Shown: positions 57,788 through 64,000 of the stretch, one piece after another
How the letters are laid out: each line of letters begins with the position of its first letter
How positions within the stretch are numbered: position 1 is the first letter of the stretch
Source of the DNA: Acholeplasmatales bacterium
GTDB lineage: Bacteria; Bacillota_I; Bacilli_A; ML615J-28; CAG-313
Assembly (NCBI GenBank): GCA_003539625.1
Contig: DPOU01000024.1
Location: 37,865-101,864, forward strand
Direction of reading: 5' to 3'
DNA: 64,000 bases
The notes under the pieces: generated by a model
The model's input: only the letters and a program-made list of their open reading frames with translations
Databases searched by the model: none
What the model was told of the DNA's origin: nothing
Position numbers and translations under genes: made by a program

Positions 57788-60232
57788 ATGGAAAATAATT
57801 ACATAAATGACGCTTTACTTGGTAAAATTTCTCGTGAACAAAATGTTAGAATTGGCCAAATCAGAGCGGTATTAGAATTAATTGAAGGTGGAGCAACGGT
57901 ACCATTCATTGCTCGTTATCGTAAAGAAGTTACAGGGAATTTGGATGAAGAACAAATTCGTGCAATATATCAAGAATGGGATTATGGGCAAAAATTAGCA
58001 GCACGTAAAGAAGACGTAATGCGCTTAATTGAAGAAAAAGGTAAATTAACAGATGAAATTAAAATGGGTATTATTAATGCCACAAAATTATCTGAAATTG
58101 AAGATATTTATCGTCCATTCAAAGAAAAGAAAAAGACTCGTGCTACCGATGCTAAGAAAAAAGGCTTGGAACCACTTGCAGAATATTTATTATCATTCCC
58201 TCTTGAAGGTAATGTTGAAGAAGAAGCTAGTAAATATGTTACTAACTTAGAAGGAAAAACTCCTGAAGAAATTGAAGCAATGAAAAAAGAAGGCGTTATT
58301 GTTAAAAACACTGCTGAAGCAATTCAAGGTGCTAAAGACATTATTGCAGAAATGGTTTCTGATGAACCTAAATTCCGTGCATGGATTCGTGAAAACTTTG
58401 AAAATGAAGCTAAGATGAAATCAGAATTAAAAGAAGATGCAGTTGATGAAAAGAAAGTATATGAAATGTACTATAATTACGAAGAACCACTAAAAACAAT
58501 TAAATTACATCGTATTCTTGCTTTAAATCGAGCAGAAGATGAAAAAGTTGTAAAAGTTTCTATCGTTGAAGATTATGCTAAAGTACTTGATCACATAACA
58601 GGTGAAATAGTAAAAGCCCAAGATTCTATTACTGCACCCTATGTTAAAGAAGCTGCTCAAGATGGATATGACCGTTTAATTAAACCTGCAATTGTTCGTG
58701 AAATCCGTGGTGAATTAAAAGATAAAGCTGAAGATCAAGCTATTAATATTTTTGGTGAAAATCTAAAGAATTACTTACTTCAACCTCCTATGAAAGGAAA
58801 AGTTGTATTAGGTGTAGACCCTGCGTTTAGAACAGGTTGTAAATTAGCTGTAGTTGATGCTACAGGTAAATTACTTGAAAAGAGTGTAATGTATCCACAT
58901 CAAAAACAAAAAGGTGAAGTAGTTCCTCCAGCTCGTTATCAAGCTGCTGTTGATACTTTCTGCGATTTAATCAATCGTCACAATGTTGAAGTTGTTGCAA
59001 TGGGTAATGGTACTGCAAGCCGTGAAACTGAAGCTTTTGTTGCTAAGACTCTTAAAAGCATTGACCGTGATGTAAAATATATAATCGTTAATGAAGCAGG
59101 TGCTTCTGTATATTCTGCATCTGATTTAGCTCGTGAAGAATTCCCTGATTTCTCTGTTGAAGAACGTTCGGCAATTTCAATTGCTAGACGTTTACAAGAT
59201 CCACTATCAGAACTAGTAAAAATTGATCCTAAATCAATTGGTGTTGGTCAATATCAACATGATGTTAGCCAATCTAAATTAGCTGATTCGCTTGATTTCG
59301 TTGTTGAAACTGCCGTTAACCAAGTTGGTGTAAATATCAACACAGCTTCATATTCATTATTAAAATATGTTGCGGGATTAAATGCTGGTACAGCAAAGAA
59401 AATTGTTGCACATCGTGAAGAAAACGGACGTTTTGAAAATCGTAATGATATTAAAGTAAAAGGTGTAGGACCAAAAGCATTAGAACAAGCAATGGGTTTC
59501 TTAAGAATAGTTGATGGTAATGAACCACTTGATATGACCGCAATTCACCCAGAAAGTTATGAAATTGCAAGAGCAATCTTAACTAAACTTGGCTTTACTT
59601 CTAAAGATTTAGGTAGTACTGAATTAGTAGAAAAAATTAAAGGTTTAACTGAAGAAGAAAAGAAAGCAATGATAGAAGAATTAAATGTTGGTGAATATAC
59701 TTTCCAAGACATTTTAGATGCCTTTGTTTCACCTCTTCGTGACCCACGTGATATGATTGAAGCACCAGTATTAAGAGGCGATATTCTTGAATTAAAAGAC
59801 TTATCTGCTGGTATGGAACTTCAAGGAACCGTTCGTAATGTTACTGACTTTGGCGCTTTCGTTGACTGTGGTTTACATGATGATGGTTTAGTTCACGTAT
59901 CAAAAATGTCTACTAAATTCATTAAACACCCACTTGAAGCTGTTCATGTAGGTCAAATTGTAAAAGTATGGGTATTAGATGTAGATCTAGCAAAAGGTCG
60001 TTTACAATTAACTATGATTGACCCTAATGCTCCAAAACCTGAACCACAACCTAAAAAACAAAACAATAAAAACAACGTTAGAAGACCTAAACCACAAGTA
60101 GATCCAGAAGCAGAAAAATTACGCAAAGAACGTCAAGAACAAAGAGCAAAACGTGAAGAGTACAGACGTCGTCAAGAAGAACGTTTTGAAAAGCAAATGG
60201 AAGCTCTAAAAAATAAATTTGGTAATAACTAA
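57788..60232 (+). CDS. tex: Tex-like transcription accessory protein (YqgF/HhH/S1 domains) with a basic C-terminal extension
   Basis: ATVPFIARYRKE N-terminus, GVDPAFRTGCK YqgF motif, GVGQYQHDV. S1 domain: GTVRNVTDFGAFVDCG...GLVHVS. Confidence 0.93.
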   Translation: MENNYINDALLGKISREQNVRIGQIRAVLELIEGGATVPFIARYRKEVTGNLDEEQIRAIYQEWDYGQKLAARKEDVMRLIEEKGKLTDEIKMGIINATKLSEIEDIYRPFKEKKKTRATDAKKKGLEPLAEYLLSFPLEGNVEEEASKYVTNLEGKTPEEIEAMKKEGVIVKNTAEAIQGAKDIIAEMVSDEPKFRAWIRENFENEAKMKSELKEDAVDEKKVYEMYYNYEEPLKTIKLHRILALNRAEDEKVVKVSIVEDYAKVLDHITGEIVKAQDSITAPYVKEAAQDGYDRLIKPAIVREIRGELKDKAEDQAINIFGENLKNYLLQPPMKGKVVLGVDPAFRTGCKLAVVDATGKLLEKSVMYPHQKQKGEVVPPARYQAAVDTFCDLINRHNVEVVAMGNGTASRETEAFVAKTLKSIDRDVKYIIVNEAGASVYSASDLAREEFPDFSVEERSAISIARRLQDPLSELVKIDPKSIGVGQYQHDVSQSKLADSLDFVVETAVNQVGVNINTASYSLLKYVAGLNAGTAKKIVAHREENGRFENRNDIKVKGVGPKALEQAMGFLRIVDGNEPLDMTAIHPESYEIARAILTKLGFTSKDLGSTELVEKIKGLTEEEKKAMIEELNVGEYTFQDILDAFVSPLRDPRDMIEAPVLRGDILELKDLSAGMELQGTVRNVTDFGAFVDCGLHDDGLVHVSKMSTKFIKHPLEAVHVGQIVKVWVLDVDLAKGRLQLTMIDPNAPKPEPQPKKQNNKNNVRRPKPQVDPEAEKLRKERQEQRAKREEYRRRQEERFEKQMEALKNKFGNN

Positions 60233-60243
60233 GGAGAATTAAA

Positions 60244-60471
60244 ATGGTTTTTGAAAAAGTACAAAAAATTATTTCAGAAAATCTAAACGTACCACTAGAA
60301 AAAGTAACAATGGATACTCATTTAGTAGATGATTTAGGTGCAGATTCACTTGATGCTGTAGAATTAATTATGGCTTTAGAAGAAGAATATGGTATTGAAG
60401 TTGATGATGAAGCTGCTCAAAATATGAAGTATGTTAGAGATTTAGTAAACTACATCGAAGAACATAAATAA
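60244..60471 (+). CDS. acpP: Acyl carrier protein
   Basis: DLGADSLDAVELIMALEEE phosphopantetheine-Ser motif. 75 aa. Confidence 0.92.
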   Translation: MVFEKVQKIISENLNVPLEKVTMDTHLVDDLGADSLDAVELIMALEEEYGIEVDDEAAQNMKYVRDLVNYIEEHK

Positions 60472-60487
60472 AAAAGAGCTAAACAAA

Positions 60488-60535
60488 AAGGCGATATTAG
60501 ATAAACAAGTAAGTTTGTCTATTATCGCTTTTTAT
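60488..60535 (+). terminator. Rho-independent terminator
   Basis: GCGATATTAGATAAAC ... GTTTGTCTATTATCGC followed by T5. Confidence 0.8.
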
Positions 60536-60626
60536 ATTTTTAAGACAATAGAGTCTAAAAAATTCAAACAGTGTAAGAAATATTAGTCTACTTGTGGTTG
60601 ATTGTTAAAAAATGGCAAAAAACTTA

Positions 60627-60655
60627 TTGTAAAAGTATTATCAAAATGATATAAT
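60627..60655 (+). promoter_or_regulatory. Sigma-A-type promoter
   Basis: TTGTAA-N17-TATAAT with a TGn extended -10. Confidence 0.6.
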
Positions 60656-60683
60656 AACAATGTAACAACAGGAGGGACGTTAT

Positions 60684-62489
60684 ATGAAAAAAATTTTAAG
60701 CGCAATCGCAATTATGGCACTAATGATAGTTTTTGCTTCATGTACTAACAGTAGAAAAGATAGAGGGGGTAGTTTATACGAACCAGATAATGGAATGATT
60801 GAAGATGGAACATCATCACAATTTGATTATGAGTTCGTACATAATTGGGGAGATCAATTCCTTGGTGAAAACTATAATAGAATTGTAGAAAACCAATATG
60901 TTTACACTAACAAGCAACAAGAAAGCTATTTTTCAATGGATTCTTTTACTGCTTCTTATTCAAATCTACGTAGATACATTAATTATCAAACAAAAATACC
61001 TAATGATGCGGTGAGGACTGATGAATTATTAAATTATTTTAATTATGATTTTGGTGGACCAGAAAACGATGAAATGTTTTCTATAAGTGCTAATTTAGGT
61101 AGTACACCATGGAATGAAAGAACTCAATTATTAACAATAAATATAAAAGCAAAAGAAACTGATCAAGGAAATTATACAGGCAATAATATTGTTTTCCTAA
61201 TTGATGTTTCAGGTTCAATGGCATCAACAAATAAATTGAATTTAATTAAGGCGGTATTTCCAAAATTCTTAGATGCTCTAGCACCAACAGATAAAATTTC
61301 AATTGTCACATATTCAAATAAAATAAAAATATTAGCAAATGGTGTGTACGCCGATGAGAAAGAAGCATTGAAGAAAGTTGTTAATGGCCTTTCTGCAACC
61401 GGTGGTACTGCAGGTGCAGATGGTTTAGAAAAAGCTTATAACGTTGCTAAATCAAACTACATTGCTGGAGGAAATAATCGTGTAATAATTGCTTCAGATG
61501 GCGACTTCAATATTGGTAGATATAGCCAAGATGACTTAAAAGAATTAGTTGAAAACCAATTAAATAGTGGAATTTATTTAACAACTCTAGGATTTGGAAT
61601 GGGTAATTATAAAGATACAACAATGGAAACTCTTGCCAAATATGGAAATGGTGGTTACGCTTATATTGATAATTTGGAAGAAGCTGAAAAAGTACTTGTT
61701 AATGATTTAAACAAAACTCTATATACAGTTGCTAAAGATGTCAAGAGTTGTGTTACATTTAATCCCAATGTTGTCAAGGCATATCGTTTAATTGGCTATG
61801 AAAATAAACAATTAACAAAAGATGAATTTAATGACGTTAATAAAGATGCTGGTGAAATTTGTAGTGGACACAATACAATCGTATGTTATGAAATAGAACT
61901 ATGTGAAGATACTCCTAATTCTGATGATGCCGATTCAGACATGTTTAGTGTAGAAATTAAATACAAAGATCCAAAGACTGATGTTTCTTCAGTATTTTCA
62001 AGAAGTTTTAAAGAAACTGATGAAAAATTAGCAGTAACAGAAGAATGGTATTTTGCAAGTGCAATTATTGAATTTAGTTTATTAATAAGAGATTCAAGTT
62101 ACAAATTCAATGCTAGTTGTAAAAATATATTAGAAAGATTAGCAGTTAATTGTAAAAACTTACTAGAAAAAGATCAATTAAAAGAAGAGTTCTATCAATT
62201 AGTAAAAAAAGCATATCAATGCAATCTAATAACTGAACCAGTTAGTGAAGATGTTTTAATTACTATAATTTATGATGCAGGAATAAAATATATTTTATGT
62301 GAAAAAGGTATGACAATAAATAGCTCAAAAATTTTGAAGTATACTTTTGGTAAAAACAATGGTCTATTCGATTCAACTACTAATGAGCTAATTAGATATG
62401 CGGTATTTGCTGATATGGCTTGTACTGAACCATTAGAAGAATTTACGTTAGTTGAAGACGTTACTATTTTCTTAAAACCTATAAATTAA
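60684..62489 (+). CDS. von Willebrand factor type A domain lipoprotein (YfbK-like: vWA plus DUF3520-type C-terminus)
   Basis: Lipobox VFASC. MIDAS VFLIDVSGSM ... TGGT ... IIASDGDFN. Confidence 0.8.
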   Translation: MKKILSAIAIMALMIVFASCTNSRKDRGGSLYEPDNGMIEDGTSSQFDYEFVHNWGDQFLGENYNRIVENQYVYTNKQQESYFSMDSFTASYSNLRRYINYQTKIPNDAVRTDELLNYFNYDFGGPENDEMFSISANLGSTPWNERTQLLTINIKAKETDQGNYTGNNIVFLIDVSGSMASTNKLNLIKAVFPKFLDALAPTDKISIVTYSNKIKILANGVYADEKEALKKVVNGLSATGGTAGADGLEKAYNVAKSNYIAGGNNRVIIASDGDFNIGRYSQDDLKELVENQLNSGIYLTTLGFGMGNYKDTTMETLAKYGNGGYAYIDNLEEAEKVLVNDLNKTLYTVAKDVKSCVTFNPNVVKAYRLIGYENKQLTKDEFNDVNKDAGEICSGHNTIVCYEIELCEDTPNSDDADSDMFSVEIKYKDPKTDVSSVFSRSFKETDEKLAVTEEWYFASAIIEFSLLIRDSSYKFNASCKNILERLAVNCKNLLEKDQLKEEFYQLVKKAYQCNLITEPVSEDVLITIIYDAGIKYILCEKGMTINSSKILKYTFGKNNGLFDSTTNELIRYAVFADMACTEPLEEFTLVEDVTIFLKPIN

Positions 62490-62608
62490 TAAAAATACTT
62501 TTAATAAGATGCATAAATGAAAAAGCGTTCAAAATGTCTTTTTGTAAAAGATTGAGTGTTAATATAATAATGCTCTTCATATTAACATAGATATTACAAA
62601 AAATATTT

Positions 62609-62634
62609 ATACCAGGCTAAAAACCTGGTATTTT
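62609..62634 (+). terminator. Rho-independent terminator
   Basis: ATACCAGG-CTAAAAA-CCTGGTAT followed by TTTT. Confidence 0.7.
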
Positions 62635-62932
62635 ATTATTACATAAATATTAGAATGTTTTAAACATATAAAAAATAAATTTTTAATACCCTCTTGCGAT
62701 AAAAGTTAAATTATTGCAAACTATAATTATAAGTATGATTCTTTATATATTGTACTGAAAAAGATTAGACAAAAAAATTAAAAATAAGTTAAATATTTAT
62801 TTGAAGTTGATAGAACAAAAAATGCTAGTGATATCATATTTGATATTGATTTCTAATGTGTTTTTTTGTGAAACTAAAATGATATTTATTTCGAGTAAAT
62901 CATGAGTTAATGAGATTTTTTAAATATTTAGT

Positions 62933-62961
62933 TTGACATTAAAAGCATTTTGGATTATAAT
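62933..62961 (+). promoter_or_regulatory. Sigma-A-type promoter of the FabT-like gene
   Basis: TTGACA-N17-TATAAT. Confidence 0.65.
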
Positions 62962-62988
62962 ATATATAAAGAATAATTGGAGGTTATT

Positions 62989-63990
62989 ATGCCAGAAGAT
63001 AAAATTATAGAAAATGCAACCCTACCTAAGAAACGTGTTAGCCCGTTTGAAGTAGAACCGATTGATGAAGTAAATGAGCCAAAGAAGATTGAAAAGAAAA
63101 CTAAGACTTCCACAACTTCAAAAAAAGAAGTAGCTAAGAAGCCAACTACTCAAGCTTCTAAAAAAGCTACAACAACAAGTAGTACTAAAAAACCTTCAAC
63201 TAAGAAAGCAACTTCTACTAAAAAAGGTACAACTTCAAAAATAAAAATAGATACAAATATTACTTCAACTACTAAGATTGACCCTCGTACAGGTCTTGTT
63301 AAAACTAAAACTAAGCAACCAAAAGAAGTAAAAGAAACTAAGAAAATAGAAGAAACTAAAGTAGTTAAAAAAACAACAAAAAAGAAAACAACTAAAAAAA
63401 CTACTACCCCTTCACAAACTTTAACAATAGAACCAGTAGTTGACAATACACCTAAACAGATTGTTAGACCTACTCCTAAGAAAACACATCAATGGACAAA
63501 AGAAGAAAAAGTTTTATATAAACAATTAGAAGAGTCTTTTAATACTATTGCTAATATGACAATGGTAATCGAAGAAAGAACTATGGATACTAAAAATATT
63601 CCAAATTTAACCATTGGTGAACTTCATTTAATAGAAATGGTAAATAGGTATAATAATAAACCGATGACATTAATTGCAAACAAATTACATATAACAGTTG
63701 GTGCGATGACAATATGTCTAAATCGTTTAGTTCAAAAAGGATATTTGTTAAGAACACGTGATGAAATGGATCGCCGTGTTATTCTATTAAGTATTACACC
63801 AGAAGGCAAAAAGGTTTTAAAATATCATAATAAATTCCACGATGATATAATTGGCCTTGCGCTTGATACTCTTTCAATCCAACAGGCCGCAAAAGTATTG
63901 AACCAATTTGCTTATGTATTAGAATACTATTATGATCCTAGCATTGCGGAAAAAGAAGAAAAAAAGACAACTAAGAAAGGAAAAAAATAG
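62989..63990 (+). CDS. MarR-family (FabT-like) transcriptional regulator with a ~175-aa Lys/Thr-rich N-terminal extension
   Basis: TTGGAGG SD before ATG 62989. The C-terminal ~150 aa (VIEE...IGELHLIEMV...ITVGAMTICLNRLVQKGYLLRTRDEMDRRVILLSITPEGKKVLKYHNKFH) parallels my recollection of S. pneumoniae FabT (VIEE...IKEMHTIDVI...VTLGTVTTSLNNLERKGYIERVRSEQDRRVVHLHLTKKG...HKRFH). Confidence 0.7.
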   Translation: MPEDKIIENATLPKKRVSPFEVEPIDEVNEPKKIEKKTKTSTTSKKEVAKKPTTQASKKATTTSSTKKPSTKKATSTKKGTTSKIKIDTNITSTTKIDPRTGLVKTKTKQPKEVKETKKIEETKVVKKTTKKKTTKKTTTPSQTLTIEPVVDNTPKQIVRPTPKKTHQWTKEEKVLYKQLEESFNTIANMTMVIEERTMDTKNIPNLTIGELHLIEMVNRYNNKPMTLIANKLHITVGAMTICLNRLVQKGYLLRTRDEMDRRVILLSITPEGKKVLKYHNKFHDDIIGLALDTLSIQQAAKVLNQFAYVLEYYYDPSIAEKEEKKTTKKGKK

Positions 63991-64000
63991 AATATGAAAA

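Noticed and set aside
63094-63439. Repetitive AAA/ACT/AAG-rich DNA that looks like a tandem repeat or array
   Set aside because: It is in-frame coding low complexity (the KKTT/KKAT-type tail of the FabT-like protein). There is no spacer-repeat periodicity as in CRISPR or satellite DNA.
63994-64000. ATG at 63994 starting a new ORF at the window edge
   Set aside because: Only 7 nt are visible, so nothing can be called.

Overview
Very AT-rich, low-GC Firmicutes-type chromosomal segment read with the standard code (long ORFs, TGA used as a stop). It is almost entirely core or housekeeping DNA, densely packed and mostly on the + strand. I found no rRNA, tRNA, CRISPR array, transposase, integrase or phage block, and no recognisable defence island. 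Two blocks are broadly syntenic with Bacillus subtilis. The first is rpsF-ssb-rpsR ... gdpP-rplI-dnaB(dnaC). The second is prfA-prmC-tsaC(ywlC)-spoIIR-rpiB(ywlF) followed by a complete F1Fo operon (atpZ-like, atpI, atpBEFHAGDC), then pyk, a YwzB-like small membrane protein and spoIIQ. Endospore genes are scattered through the window: spoIIR, spoIIQ, sspI and a CotY/CotZ-like cysteine-rich protein. The last two have compartment-specific sigma-factor-like promoters readable in the sequence, so this is a spore-former despite its Mollicutes-like composition. The rest includes a split chrA pair, coaX, malQ, an MscS channel translationally coupled to a 1160-aa Ig-repeat surface protein, a MacB-type ABC pair and udk. 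A four-gene amidase/epimerase/GHL10-lipoprotein/SGNH operon of unknown role follows, then TetR and GntR modules, a ZIP transporter, pepV, trmB, ytqA-ytqB, yigZ, cinA, tex, acpP, a vWA lipoprotein and a FabT-like MarR regulator. The observations most worth a second look are as follows: (1) gdpP has no stop codon and runs in frame into rplI. (2) The ATP synthase c subunit carries most of the Na+-binding signature. (3) The FabT-like regulator has a ~175-aa Lys/Thr-rich histone-H1-like N-terminal extension. (4) A ~395-bp intergenic segment is bounded by inverted repeats that embed the stop codons of two convergent genes. (5) A divergent alr sits between prfA and prmC and overlaps prmC by 98 nt. 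(6) The uncharacterised envelope-glycan-like operon lies at 13.3-19.3 kb. All functional calls rest on motif recognition and recalled family signatures, not on database searches.
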